This document shows positions 12,784 to 26,416 of a stretch of DNA of 64,000 bases, in pieces. The translations under genes were made by a program, and so were the position numbers. The stretch is taken from assembly GCA_964016885.1 (NCBI GenBank), contig OZ024741.1, positions 366,916,001 through 366,980,000 of the forward strand, read 5' to 3'. The notes under the pieces were generated by a model. It did no database searches and was not told where the DNA came from. It saw nothing but the letters and a program-made list of their open reading frames with translations. Within the stretch, counting starts at the first letter, position 1, and every line of letters begins with the position of its first letter. The DNA is from Eledone cirrhosa. Its lineage: Eukaryota.

Positions 12784-13049
12784 AACAAAAATAGATTAAT
12801 TGTTTTGATGAACACAAATAAAGCTACAGCAAAAAGAGAAATCAGGAAAAAGAATCACAATTTTGTTCTGGCAAAAAATGTCACATTACATTTAAATACA
12901 ATAAATAATAATTAAGGTAATTAAATAAATATCTTAAGTCAATTATTAACTAGCAATCTCTGACTTGTGTGCTGTGATAACACAAATTATATAAATGGTA
13001 TTTCATGTCTGCAAAATAAACCAAGGTTTAATTCAATTTCTTGAATAAT

Positions 13050-13267
13050 GGTTTCTTATATAGGCACAATGCCAGAAATTTGTGGGGAGGAGAAAGTCAA
13101 TTTAAATTGACCCCAGTGCATTACTGGTACTTTATTTTATGAACCCCGTAAGGATGAAAGACAAAGTTAAACTCAGCGGGATTTGAACTCAGATCGTAAA
13201 GGGACGTAACTCTATGCTGCAAAGCATGGCGTCCGACCTTTTACCGATACTGCCAATCCACCGCCCT
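13050..13267 (-). mobile_element. SINE family 1, full length
   Basis: Ends ..CTGCCAATCCACCGCCC, the reverse complement of head GGGCGGTGGATTGGCAG. Confidence 0.85.
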
Positions 13268-14582
13268 GAATTTGTTGAATAATAAAAATGAAACAAAAAA
13301 ATATTAACTCTTAATATCCTGTTATGATTTAGCAGAAAACATCTAAATGTGGGTTTGTTAATTCAAATGTTTATAGTAGCTTTACTAGTAAATAGATTGT
13401 TGTGACAATTTGTAGTATTATAGTAAAGGTTTTAATTTTTGATGTGATACAGTTTAATGCAGTTTTATACTTTTCAAGAACGTTTTGCTAAAGAGGTTTG
13501 ATATGGTACAGGAATTAAGGGTTAAACTATACATGTATTGAAGTTTTCCTGTGACTTTTTGTGTTACTTTTCACCTGGATTCAACAACATTGCTCTTAAA
13601 TATATGTTATTGTTTAATGCAAGGTGTCCTTCACACTAATCAACCTCACCAACAACAACATATTTCCCATTATTGGTGTTCAGTCTTAACATCTTGATTC
13701 TTTATTATGGTATCATACAGCAAATTAAATCATTTGAGAGAAAGATTACTTAATGCAATGAGCTGTTACTGTTACAATATTTGTTCTAACTCTCTATGCT
13801 CTAAGTTTAAATTCTTTTGAGGTTTACCTTAATCTTTTCATCATTTGTGGGGTTTGATAAACAAAGTACCAGTCCAGAGTCAGTGGATTAGTGAGATTAT
13901 TAAAGACCAAACCTATAAAAAATGACACAGTTCATAAATGCATTAGAACTTTCCTGAGTTTTCTATATATTTTTAATGAGCTAATTTTTTATTTTGTAAA
14001 CTAGGGGTCATGTTCACTTCAAAATATTTTTTTTAAATTATGTTCACTTAAAAATAATTTTTAAATAATTAAAATATACACAGACATGTATATAATTTGA
14101 AATGAAACTGGAAGGCCCATATATATACGTGTGTGTATGTATATATATAAATGTGTGTGTTTGTATACATATATATATTGTGTGTGTGTATATATATATG
14201 TGGGTGTCTGTTATCTATATACACTGGTCATAGACACACACACACACATATATATATATATACACACACACTCACATATATATGTATATACACAACAACA
14301 ACACCAGCTCTCTCTCTCTTCCATTCTCCTTCTCTGTCTCCTCTCCCTCTCTCTATGTCTCTCTTTCAATCTACTCTCTCACAACCACTATCTCTTCCTC
14401 TCTATCTTTCTCTAATCATTTTTGAGACAAGCCAAAAGATTCATGACATTATCACAGATGATAGCAAGACTAAGACACTCGAATAGCCAAGCACCCTCAA
14501 ATTTCAATTTTTTAAATACAACTTAAAAAAGGAAATCACAGCATGTTATACAAATGTTTTATAGTCCTGGTAAAAAAAAGAC

Positions 14583-14850
14583 AAATGTGTTGATCGAAAG
14601 AATGGCAAGAGAGATACACTAAAAGAGCCAGTCTACTTCATGGAGCTCTTTCTGGTGGATGGCCATGGAGGTGGTTCAGGGAGCTAGGATATCAGATGTT
14701 TCTACTGCAATGGATTCAACAAGAAACCTATCAAAGATCAATAGGTATTTTGTCAGCTTGCAATCTTCAACCTTCTGGACAATGAAACCTGGGCCTGATG
14801 CTGATTTAATCAGGTTGTGACTGAAGAAAGACTTTAGTTGAAACATTGGA
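14583..14850 (-). pseudogene. restriction-like endonuclease (RLE) C-terminus of a CRE-like retrotransposon, decayed
   Basis: Translation SHNLIKSASGPG..EDCKLTKY..DRFLVESIAVETSDILAP, then EVDWLF*CISLAIL. Resembles the K..KY....F.P.AVET.G..G and WLFQRISLA motifs of CRE-clade RLE. Confidence 0.6.
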
Positions 14851-14979
14851 AACTCACCCTCACAGCAGCTTACCAACTGCAATTATTTTATTACAGACAG
14901 TATAGATCCTCTGTCATTTTTAACATTGAGCATTAAGTTTTTTGATCAGCTGAAAGTCCAGCTCATGAATTACATGTAA

Positions 14980-15305
14980 GTGGTTAGAGTATTGAGCTTG
15001 CAATCGGGAGATTGTAAGTTTGATTTTCAGACTGGGTGATGCGTTGTGTCCTTGAGCAAGACACTTTATTTTCACGTTGTTCCAGTTTAATCAGCTGTAG
15101 AAATGAATTGCAATGTCACTGGTGCCAAGCTGTATCAGCCATTGCCTTTCCCTTGAACAACATCAGTGACCCGGAGAGGGGGGGACTGGTATGTATCGGT
15201 GACTGCTGGTCTTCTACAAACAACCTTTCCTGAACTTGTGCCTCAGAGGGGAACTTTCTAAGTGCAAATCCCATGGTAATCTGTGACTGAAGGAATCTTT
15301 ACTTT
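14980..15305 (+). mobile_element. SINE family 3 head with alternative body
   Basis: GTGGTTAGAG..TGTGTCCTTGAGCAAGACACTTTATTTTCAC, a different 3' body, and a CTTTACTTTAC tail. Confidence 0.7.
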
Positions 15306-16197
15306 ACCTGATTCAATATTCAACAGTTACATGTACACTTAACATAATTCTAAACCTGAATCATCATGACACTATATGTGATAAAGCTGGACCTTTGAAT
15401 TACAGTTAGATTGTATCTGATGGATTCACACACAATACCCATCTACTCAATTGACCTCACAATATCTTGTTCAGTCCAAGGCTATCAGAAAGACACTTAT
15501 CTCAGATGCCCCACAGTGGGATTGAACCAAGGACCTCATGATTGTAAAGTGAATTTCTTAACCACTCAACCATATCTGCATCCACACAAACATACATGCA
15601 CTCAGTGTGACATATATATGAGAGAGATTAAAAAGAAAACATGAGTATATTTGATAAAGTCTATCTATCTGTCTGTGTGTATGCGTGGGTGTTGCGTGTG
15701 TGTGACTGTGTATGGGGGGAGGGGTTGTGACTGTGTGTGTGACTGTGTGTGTGGCTGTGTGTGTGTGTGTGTGTGTATGTGTGTGTGTGTGGGTGTGTGA
15801 CTGTTTGTGACTGTGTTTGTGACTGTGTTTGTAAGTGTGTGTGTGTGTGTGTAATAGGTACAGCTCTGTTTTCTTTTCTTCATCATTTATTTTATTTTCA
15901 TAAACAGAAATTCATATAGACTCCTCACTACAACCACCACCAACACCACCACCAGCAACAACAACGTCAACACTACCAGCATCCTCACCACCACCACCAG
16001 CACCACCACAGCCGCCACCACCAACACCACCCACAATATCACCAACACCACAACTACCCCATCATCACCTCTTCCACTAAATTCATGATTATATCATATC
16101 AGCAGGTTGCCAGTTAACTTCTCCTACCCCAGAGTACTTGTGTGTGTGTCTCAGTGTGTGTGTGTCTGTATGTGTGTGTGTGTGCCTGTGTGTGTGT

Positions 16198-16234
<37 letters not shown>

Positions 16235-16359
16235 TGTGTCTGTGTGTGTGTGTGTCAAGGTAATTAGATATTGAGAGTAGGTATAAAAGAAGGGAGTTAT
16301 TTGATATCATTGTATGCATGAGAAATTACAGTGTAAATTATGTCAGAGGATATACAAGT

Positions 16360-17357
16360 AACCAAACAAACCAACCAACAAGCCAACCAACTGGCCAGCC
16401 AATCAACCAACTAGCCAACCAACTAACAAAACAGCCGACTAGTCAACCAACCAAACCAGCCAACAAGCCAACCAGCCAGCTGACCAACCAAACCAGCCAA
16501 CAAGCCAACAAACGGCCAGCCAATCAACCAACTAGCCAACCAACTAACAAACCAGCCAACAAGCCGACCAACCAAACCAGCCAACAAGCCAACCAACTAG
16601 CTAGCCAGCCAGCCAACCAACTGGCCAGCCAGTCAACCAACTAGCCAACCAACTAACAAAACAGCCGACTAGCCAACCAACCAAACCAGCCAACAAGCCA
16701 ACCAGCCAGCTGACCAACCAAACCAGCCAACAAGCCAACCAACTGGCCAGCCAGTCAACAAACTAGCCAGCCAACTAACAAAACATCCGGCCAGCCACCA
16801 AACCAGCCAACCAGCCAGCCAACTAACAAAACATCCAGCCAGCCAACCAACTAGCCAGCCAACTAACAAAACAGTCAACCAGCCAACCAACCAAACCAGC
16901 CAACAAACCAACCAACCGGCCAGCCGGTCAACCAACTAGCCAGCCAGCCACCCAAACAACCAGCCATCCAACCAGCCAACCAGCCAGCCACCCAAACAAC
17001 CAGCGAGCCAACCAGCCAACCAGCCAGCCACCCAAACAACCAGCGAGCCAACCAGCCAACCAGCCAGCCACCCAAACAACCAGCGAGCCAACCAGTCAGC
17101 CAGCCAGCCACCCAAACAACCAGCCAGCCAACCAGTCAGCCAGCCAGCCACCCAAACAACCAGCCAGCCAACCAGTCAGCCAGCCAGCCACCCAAACAAC
17201 CAGCCAGCCAACCAGTCAGCCAGCCAGCCACCCAAACAACCAGCGAGCCAACCAGTCAGCCAGCCAGCCACCCAAACAACCAGCCAGCCAACCAGTCAGC
17301 CAGCCAGCCACCCAAACAACCAGCCAGCCAACCAGTCAGCCAGCCAACCAGTCAACC
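16360..17357. repeat. CCAA/CAGC tetranucleotide-derived satellite grading into a 40-bp minisatellite
   Basis: From 16941 to about 17345, the unit CAGCCAGCCACCCAAACAACCAGC(G/C)AGCCAACCAG(TCAGC/CCAAC) repeats about 10 times at a 40-bp period. Confidence 0.95.
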
Positions 17358-17384
17358 ATAGAACAAGATTAGAACAAAGAAGAG

Positions 17385-18480
17385 ATAAAAAGATAGTTTT
17401 AGACAGGGAGTCATGGTGGGATACATGACCATACCAAACAAGCTTCCATTTTTTCATCATAAGGTGTTCCTGTCTGCCATCATATTTGCTAACTAGCTGT
17501 CTGACAAAGCTGTTTGTTTTGTGCTCCATGTGTAGCAACGTTCTGAGACACGTGTGCTTGAATGTCAGGATTCTTTGTTCCATGTCAGCTGTGAGCGTCC
17601 AACACTCACACTCATACAAAAGGATCAAAATCACCAGGGAATTGTAAAATTTGAGCCTCGTTGGAAAACCAATGGGGATGCTTTTCCATATGACATTCAG
17701 CTTTGTCAGAGCAGAAAGTGACTGGTAGAGTATCGTCATTATCTCCTTTAGAAATCTGCCATCTTTGATCAGAGTAGATTCTAGATACTTGAAAGTGTCC
17801 GATTCTTCCTGTGTTCCTCCATTCAGCATGATGTTGGTTGCTGTATACTTATTATGACTATTAATTAAAATCTTGCACTTTTCTGAGCTGATCTTCATTC
17901 CACATGCTCCTGATACTTTTTCTAGTCTGGTAGTGAACTCCCAGCAATGGGCCGTCTTCCATTGGAATCAGAGGTATGGATGTATTGGAGTGTCTCTTGC
18001 ATTATGTTTTCCAGTAAGATGTTGAACGCACTGATGAAAGGGTCTGAACTCCCACTGTTGTCCTGAAGAATACTTAGATGTTATTCAAAGAACTACACTG
18101 TTTGAATTTGTCATACAATGCTTTTACTTGAATGTGGTTGATGTTGAAGTTGTAATCCTTCATCACCAAACATGCTCAAAGGCTTATTTGAAGTTTGTGA
18201 AGTTATGATAGAGGTCAGTTTAGTGTTGTAGATGTTTATCAGTTAGCAATCAGATATCTGCTCTGTACATCTTTTGGGCCTGAATCTTGCCTGTTCTTCT
18301 GTCAGGATTTCTTCTGTTTAGAAGAACTTTTAGCAGTACTTTGCTGATTGTTCTGTAGTTCTGGCAGAATCTTAAGTTTCCTTTTTGGGGGAATGAGTAT
18401 CATCAGTGATTGGGTTCACTCTTGTGGCTCCTTCTTTGTTTCCCATATCTTTTGAATAGAGGTTATTAACTACTGGGGAT
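17385..18480 (-). mobile_element. RTE-clade LINE RT/C-terminal fragment (second family), decayed
   Basis: ORF 17296-17898 contains MKISSEKCKIL, FKYLES, LLYECECWTL and KLVWYGHVSHHDSLSKTI. Upstream RT remnants include QNYRTIS. Confidence 0.8.
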
Positions 18481-18484
18481 TTCC

Positions 18485-18790
18485 AATCTTTGCATGTGTG
18501 CACCATCTCTTCAACTTCTTCCCAGCCTTCATCAACACATGACCCAACCATCTCATTCTATTTCTATTCATCAATGGCTCTATTCTCATCATCTTCAATT
18601 TATTGTTTATCTTCCTCTCTCTGAGTGACACTTCACTAATCCAGCAAACTATTTTCATTTCCATTCTTTCCACCCTTCTCTGCTGTTCCATGTCCACTAA
18701 CTATGTCTTGCTCCTATAAATAATGGCAGTTCTCACATATGAAACATACACCTTCCCCTCAATTTCAGTGACAAGCCCATTCACAATAGC
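18485..18790 (-). mobile_element. RTE C-terminal fragment
   Basis: EGKVYVSYVRTAIIYRSKT / RRVERMEMKIVCWIS..RMRWLGHV. Confidence 0.7.
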
Positions 18791-19290
18791 ATTATTGAAA
18801 TGGTTACAATATCTTGATTTAGTTGAGATTTGCTTAACCAGGAAACTTCCAATTAAATCTCTTTTGTGACCAGTTTTCCTGGCACCAAAGTTCACAGACT
18901 ACACTGCCAATAAAGGCAAAATTATAAATCAGTCTCAAAAATCAACGTCAAGTTATGCCCCAATTAGCCTGCTTTGAGTTCAGTGACAGAAGTCAAAGAA
19001 ATAATCGATTAATCAAGAAGGAAAGTATATTGTATGTGAAGTATTGAGGTATTAGTTACAGTGTTTTAGAAGAAACCAATCAAATTACAGCAAATAATCT
19101 TGTCTTCAGACACACATCTGTTGTAATAACACAACATAACATTTAACTATGTACAATAACCAATAGACATGTACATGCACTTATGTGCACACATGCAAGC
19201 ACACACACTCACACTGGCACACACACACACAGGGACACATATACACACTCACATTCACTCACATACACACACATGTAATATATATATATA

Positions 19291-19590
19291 TTCTTCTTCT
19301 TCTTCTTCTTCTTCTTCTTCTTCTTCTTCTTCTTCTTCTTCTTCTTCTTCTTCTTCTTCTTCTTCTTCTTCGTCCACTTATTCCTGAGAGGGTTGTGGGA
19401 GCAGAGTCCTCAAACAGTCCTTCCAACGGATCCTGTCAGAAGCAACCATCTCCAATTGATCTGGTTGGATCCCCAAGTGTGACCAGCCAAGCTCATGGAT
19501 GTAATCCAACCATCTTGCTCAGGATCTACCCTTGGGTCTCTTGAGGGTTGGTTTTGCCCATAAAATCTGTTCAACGATTCTTTCCTGAAA
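19291..19590 (-). mobile_element. RTE LINE 3' end with (AAG)n tail
   Basis: (TTC)n at 19291-19371, then sequence colinear with 57520-57750. Confidence 0.75.
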
Positions 19591-19597
19591 CATATAT

Positions 19598-19748
19598 ATA
19601 TTCATTTACTATAGCTAAGTAGTGGATTTTGTTACTCTGGAGTTTCTCCTATGCACTCGCAGGATCATCTTGTCTGATGATCCTGCTGAGTGTGCAAGTG
19701 AAACTCCTGAGTAACAAGACTCACTACTTAGCCATAATAAATGAATAT
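19598..19748. repeat. imperfect palindrome made of two head-to-head hammerhead copies
   Basis: ATATTCATTTA..GCAGGATCATC ttgtct GATGATCCTGC..TAAATGAATAT. Confidence 0.85.
19668..19719 (+). ncRNA. type I hammerhead ribozyme candidate
   Basis: TCTTGT CTGATGA TCCTGC-tgagtgt-GCAAGT GAAA CTC-ct-GAG TA^ACAAGA. Stem I is a perfect 6 bp and stem III is 4 bp. Stem II is eroded here, but the mirror copy gives TCCT/AGGA. Confidence 0.7.
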
Positions 19749-19814
19749 TTAAACTCTACTTCGATATTGAGTACTCTTTTCTCTCCTCTTTCAACTATAT
19801 ACGTTTATATATAT

Positions 19815-20175
<361 letters not shown>

Positions 20176-20401
20176 CAAATAAATTATCAAGAATCGGAAC
20201 TTCGGCCCACGAAATAACGAAACACAATCTTCGAAATGTGCAGCAAAGTGCTCAATAGTTCGGATAAACCAGAGCTATAACTAACGTTTAATACCAACAC
20301 ACTGAGACGATGCTTAAACAATCATTCGCACAGCCAAAAATACGACCAAGAAAATTTGGGTCAGACAAATAAAAATATATATGAATGAAAAATATGAATG
20401 A

Positions 20402-20433
<32 letters not shown>

Positions 20434-21219
20434 ACATTTTTTATTATGGCTAAGTGATGGCAACATCACATGGATATATATATATATTAACATTAACAAC
20501 AAAACCAGAAAAGCAAATTATTAAAATACTAGTACAACTCTGATTTTCCATTGGATTATCCATTTTGCCAGACTATATAATAATTTTCTAGAAATATTAC
20601 TACAAAGTCAGAAACATTTCCCTTACCCTTTAACTACAGTGATATGAAGGTGCAAATGTTTAAAACTAATCTAACATCATATGGTAAACCTTCTAACATG
20701 AATTGATTAGTCTGGTGGGCTGTGGAAAATTCAAATGTCCACCTATAAGTACATCCAGATGAATGAAGGTGCTGAACCATTGGAAAATTAGTGCCATACC
20801 TGTAATATATTTGATCTACTAAACCATATGAAGCTTAAATATGGACATCAAAAGTTTTTGAGATGTGGACACAAAAGATTTCTGAGATATCATGGAAAGA
20901 ACACAAACATAGACATAAACAAAAGTATTGTCAAATTGATCAGAAATCTTTAAGATGCAGATGACTTTTGATAATATTATGAACAGAATATCAAATCAAT
21001 GATCAAAGGAGTAAAAATGACAAAATGTTAAGACTTTATGAGACACTTTTAAAGAGAGAAGGCTAAAATATTTTAAGCATTGAATTAAAAAAATAGGTTT
21101 GCAATAAAAAGTGAAATGAAGTGGGAGAGAAGAAAAGGAAAACCAAGAATTACAAGATAGATTATATGAAGAATTAGACAGACTTAAAATAGCAGTCAAT
21201 CATCATCATCACCGTTTAA

Positions 21220-21439
21220 CCCTTTAGCATTTAAACCAGCCGTATCCGGCCATAATCTCTCACCTCTGTTTGTTCAAACTGGCTGTAACTGGCTACTCAT
21301 ATTGATGTTACGGTATTGTTCTCAAATTAAATAACATCAAAATCTCATAGATTTGATATGATGTAACATAATTATGTAAGATAAAGCCTTTACAATGGAA
21401 ATATAATAATATATATAGAGTGATGCAAATGCTAAAGGC
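21220..21439 (+). mobile_element. piggyBac-like MITE family A (TTAA TSD) inserted in an RTE-tail SINE
   Basis: TTAA|CCCTTTAGCATTTA...AAATGCTAAAGGC|TTAA. Removing it restores CGTTTAACGTCC, as seen at about 4395. Confidence 0.9.
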
Positions 21440-23472
21440 TTAACGTCCATTTTCCATGCTGGTATAGGATTAGACGAGTTATCCTGTTGTGAGCAATGCT
21501 AGGTTGGGTGACCATGTCTTGCTCACACAGAACCGATTTCTGGCATGGTTTCTACAGCTGCATGCCCTTTCTAGTGCCAATCTCATTTACAGTGAGTACT
21601 GGGTGCTTTTTGTTGTGATGCCTACACGTCTACTTTACAGTGTGGACTTAATATGTTTGGTAAATGACTATTGCTCAAGATGTCACATAGTGGGATCAAA
21701 TGTGGCATCTGAAGATTGTGAAGGAGACTTCTTAGCCATTCAGCTATGGCGCATCCACTACATAAATTAACCATTAATCAATGCTACAGAAACATTCTAT
21801 TTTTGTTTGATTTTGACTTACAATTAAATACCTTCAAATAAAATTGTAACTCATCTTTCTTTCAAAACTAAATTAATTTATTCTAAAAGCATTAGTCTAA
21901 ACAATATTGAATATTTCAATTGTTAAATATATCTCCATAGAATATTTGTTATTTCAATTAAACAGTTTAATAGCTGAATTCATTATACATATGGGGAGTT
22001 TTTTTTATCTATGTAAGTTAGTCATAGTGTCAAATTATATATGTATCAAAGAATTATATTATTTCTTTTATTTTTTATTTTTTCATTTTTTTTACTGATA
22101 TCAGTCATTAGACTGCAGTCATGCTGGAACACCATCTTAAGAGGATTTTGTCAATCATATCAATCCTAGTGCATTTCTTTTTCCAAATCTGGTACTTATT
22201 TTATTGATCTCTGTTTTGTTTTGTTTTAACAGCTAAATTAAGGAACATAAACATAGTTACAGTTATGAACACATGCACACACACACATATATATATTAGT
22301 GTCTGCAGTTCTGTTTACATGCCAACACAAGAGCGAGAATGAGGGGCTCATTCTACTGACATGGCTTTATGCATTCTACTGACTTGGCTTGTTTGCATAA
22401 TTGCAAACAAATCGAATATTTTTATTAATATTCGAAAAACTCAGATTACATTTATATATATATATGCGTGTGTGTGTGTATTTCAACGTGGTCTACCCTT
22501 GGTGGTGGGGTCTGTACCGTAGATAGAACTCAATGTAATCTGATGATTACAGAATTTGAACCCAGAAAGGATAAGGATAAAGATTCCATAATTCCTTGTG
22601 GAGTTGTAGAGGCACCGTCACATGGCATGTCTAGGGCACATTTAAGCCTGGTGGAGCCCAACTCTCTCCAGATCTGAACACAGCCAATTTTTTCTATAGA
22701 GGAAGAATCGACCCCAGTACTGTACTGGTACTTTTTTTTATCGAACTCGAAAGGATGAAAGGCAAAGTTGACTATGGTGGGATTTGAACTCAGAGCGTGC
22801 AAAGAGGTGGTACAAATACCATAAAGCATTCTAGCCAACATCTTAATGACTACCAATTTGCCCAGAAAGCAGAAAGCCGAAACAAATTCCAAAGTATTAA
22901 GTCCACCACCCCTAATGACTCTTGCAGCCTGGGAATAAACATTTAAAATAATAAGAATGTGATGATAATATGATATGATAATATGATGATACATTTATGA
23001 AGACATAAAAGCCATATTGCTGTGTATTATTACTGTATCTATTATACACAACCCAGTTTAAAAGCCATTCCTACTGGTTTTTATTCAAGTGATTAACTAG
23101 CTTTTGAAAAGCCATTACAGTTTCTTATTCAAGTGGTGACAAAATGTACTTACTATACATAACCCAGTTTAATAAGTAAGTCAAATAAACTAAACATTTG
23201 AAGTTTTTTTTTTAAATAGGTTATCTGCTTAGATATGAACACATTCTTTTATTCTTTTACTAGTTTCAGGCATTTGACTGTAGCCATCACCTTTAGTCAA
23301 TCATATGAAGCCCAGTACTTTTTTCTTTCAAGTCTGCTACTTATTTTTATTCAACTTTTTTCAAGACTATGTGATTGCAAAGCAAACTCCTTAACCACAC
23401 AGCCATGTTTGTGCCTAGATATTGTGTATTTCTAAAGTAAATATGATTTCTATTCAGTATTTTTCTGCTTAA

Positions 23473-23677
23473 CCATCCATATCTGGCCTGAATTCTCTTG
23501 CCTCTTTCTATTCAAACCAGCTGTAACTGGACACTTATACTGATGTTAAGGTATTGTTCTCAAAATAAATAACATTAAAATCTCATAGATTTGATATCAT
23601 TTGAGATAATTATGTAAGATAAAGCCTTTACCACAAAAATACAATAGTATATATGGTGTAATGTAAATGTTAAAGGG
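23473..23677 (+). mobile_element. MITE family A, left end eroded
   Basis: Colinear with 21220-21439. Ends TGTTAAAGGG|TTAA. Confidence 0.75.
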
Positions 23678-23845
23678 TTAAACTTTCAATTAAATATTTG
23701 TGACTGATAGAAAGATGGAAAATATTTTGCATTCTCAGAAATTTATGCATTTATTACCTGATATCAATCAGACATGGAAATAGTTTTTACTAACAACATA
23801 TCTCAAAGGTAATAGTGACAGTCTCTAACACCTTCAATCTTTCTC

Positions 23846-23884
<39 letters not shown>

Positions 23885-24552
23885 AACTCTTTTAATTACA
23901 AACAGCCTGAAACGGAATCTGGCTGTTTATTTTAACATGTTTATATTTATCCAAACACTTTCCATCATAATTTCATGTAAAAACCTTAGTTGTGTTATTT
24001 ATGTCCTAAATACTAACTTAATAATGAGAAAGTTACAAAATCCCTAGAATTTCCCAATTGTTTTCATATGGTAAAAACAATGCTGTGGCCTTTCACATGA
24101 GCAAAGCTTTCGATCATATCAAAACTGTCAGTTTATGGGCTCCACCAATCTCTCAATTTTGGATTGGTAGCTCCCTGTCAGATTACACAATCATAGCTTG
24201 TAGTAATGGACCCCCCCCCCTCTCTCTCTTCTATCTGACCCACACTCTATCGGTACATATGGTAGCCTTGCTATAAAAAAAAATATTTTTTCATAACAAA
24301 ATATTTATTTTTCATCCTTTTGTTCTGTAACATGTCACAGAATGCCCGTAGTAGGCAAGGATGCTAAACAGCGCTGTTTCAAGATTCATTAATGTTTTAT
24401 CATTGACATTCACTCAACCAGTAATGACATAGAAATAGACTAGAATCTAAATAGATTTTGCATGATGAACATTTGCTGGAGATGCTCATTTGCAAATAGT
24501 TCAAACTTAGCTGGTTATACTTAATTTGCTGTAGCACTAAAACAGCATTTAA

Positions 24553-25532
24553 CCCTTTAGCATTTACAATACTCTATGTTTACCATTGTATTTTCATGGT
24601 AAACACTTTATTAATTATATAATTATCTCACATAATATTGAATCTATGAGATTTTGATATTATTTATTTTGAGAACTAATCTGCAGGACTTTCTGAATGT
24701 ACTGGCCAGACATTCACTAGAGGCTAGCTTACGCATCAACATCTCTAAAACAAAGTGTATGACAACTGATAAAAACAATGCCAATCTCCAACTCACAATC
24801 TACAATCAGCAAATTGCTCAAGTTACGGGGCTTGTATATCTCGGTCACAAACTATCATCAAACAACAATGGAATGGTTGCTGCGCAATATCGCATTGCTC
24901 TAGGTTGGGCAGCTTTCAACAAGAACAACGAAGTACTAACATCAAAATGAGTTTCCTATCATTTGAAGGTTAAGATCTTTGATACTTACATCCTACCAGT
25001 TGTGTTATATGGTCTTGACTGTGTTAATAGGACGACAAGGTCACTTCAGAAGCTCTCTACATTCCAGAATCACATCATGAGACTTATGACTGGCAAGCGG
25101 CTCAGTGACCGTCCTGTATCAGTGAGCTGCTCAACATTACCAAACTTAAACCAATTACATCAATTGTCAAGTCAAGAGTACTCAAACTATACAGTCATAT
25201 AAAAAGATCAACTCGTGGTGTGGGTAGGTTATGCCTGGAAGGAAGGTTGGCTGGTAAGAGAAGTAGAGACTGGCAGCCAAAACAATGGCTTGATAATGTC
25301 AACTTATGAACTGGACTTGATCTTTGCCCTTTAAACTCTGCTGCTGGGGATCGAACTTTGTGGAGAAAAATATCTCATGTTGATGCACAGTCTGCAACTG
25401 GTGGAGTTTATCGTCACAAGAAGATTTTGAGAACAATACCTTAAGATAAGTATGAGCAGCCGGTTATGGCCAGTTTAAACAGAAGGAGGTGAGAACATTC
25501 TGGCTGGGTAGAGCCAGTTTAAATGCTAAGGG
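24553..25532 (-). mobile_element. MITE family A interrupted by a LINE
   Basis: TTAA|CCCTTTAGCATTTA at 24549 and TAAATGCTAAGGG|TTAA ending at 25536. Confidence 0.85.
24677..25423 (+). mobile_element. 5'-truncated RTE-like LINE with 11-bp TSD
   Basis: Translation LRINISKTKCM..VYLGH..RIALGWAAF and ILPVVLYGLD. Flanked by ATTTTGAGAAC at 24666-24676 and 25424-25434. Short CAAGAAG tail. Confidence 0.9.
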
Positions 25533-25889
25533 TTAAGCATAATAGAGGTGTATATGAAAGCATATGCAATTAACATATAGTTTATATACAATAAACATAT
25601 GGTAGCCTCGTTATCAAATAACAAATATTTTTTCATAATGAAAAATTATTTTTCTCTCTTTTGTTCTAATGTACTGATATACTAACTTTTGCCATTAATC
25701 ATTACAACCTTCTCTTATAATCAAACATAACCAGGAAGATATTTCTTCTAAAATAGAATTTGTTCCAGAAATATATGTTATTTGTTGTTTTTGTGTCGTT
25801 TTGTTTTTTTATTTTATCCCCACTTCCTTTTAACTTATTCCATTCAATGATATCTTGTAACAATCAAAACATTTCAGAATGCTATTACA

Positions 25890-26160
25890 ATACATCGTCA
25901 CCACCACTACCACCACTACCACCACTACCAACACCTTCACCACCACAATCACCATCATCATCATCATCATTACCATCATCATTACCCCCACCTCCACCAC
26001 CACCACCACCACCATTACCACCACTATCATCATCATCATCATCATTACCATCATCATCACCATCACCACCACCGCCGCCACAACCACCATTACCACCACT
26101 ATCATCATCATCATCATCATTAGCCTCATCATCATCCATATTATCAATACTATTATTATT
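25890..26160. repeat. (CAC)n/(CAT)n compound microsatellite
   Basis: Direct reading. Confidence 0.9.
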
Positions 26161-26416
26161 ATTTCTCCTCTTGTCGTTTTATACAATCCTTTGCTAGGAT
26201 ATAACCTATGACCCTAGGGGTAGGAGAATGTAAGTAGTTGCTTTCAACCTCGATAGTGTATAACATCACATTATATACAGGAAGATATGTATGATTGTTT
26301 TATTTTTTCATATAATTTGGTATTGCATATTCATTTGTGGGTGTTTATATATATATATACAAATAATACAAATAGTGAAAACAATGAAATTAAACAAAAT
26401 ACGGGTAATTCATAGT

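Noticed and set aside
22530-22552. CTGATGA within TGTAATC..GATTACA
   Set aside because: Simple short palindrome without the rest of the hammerhead core.
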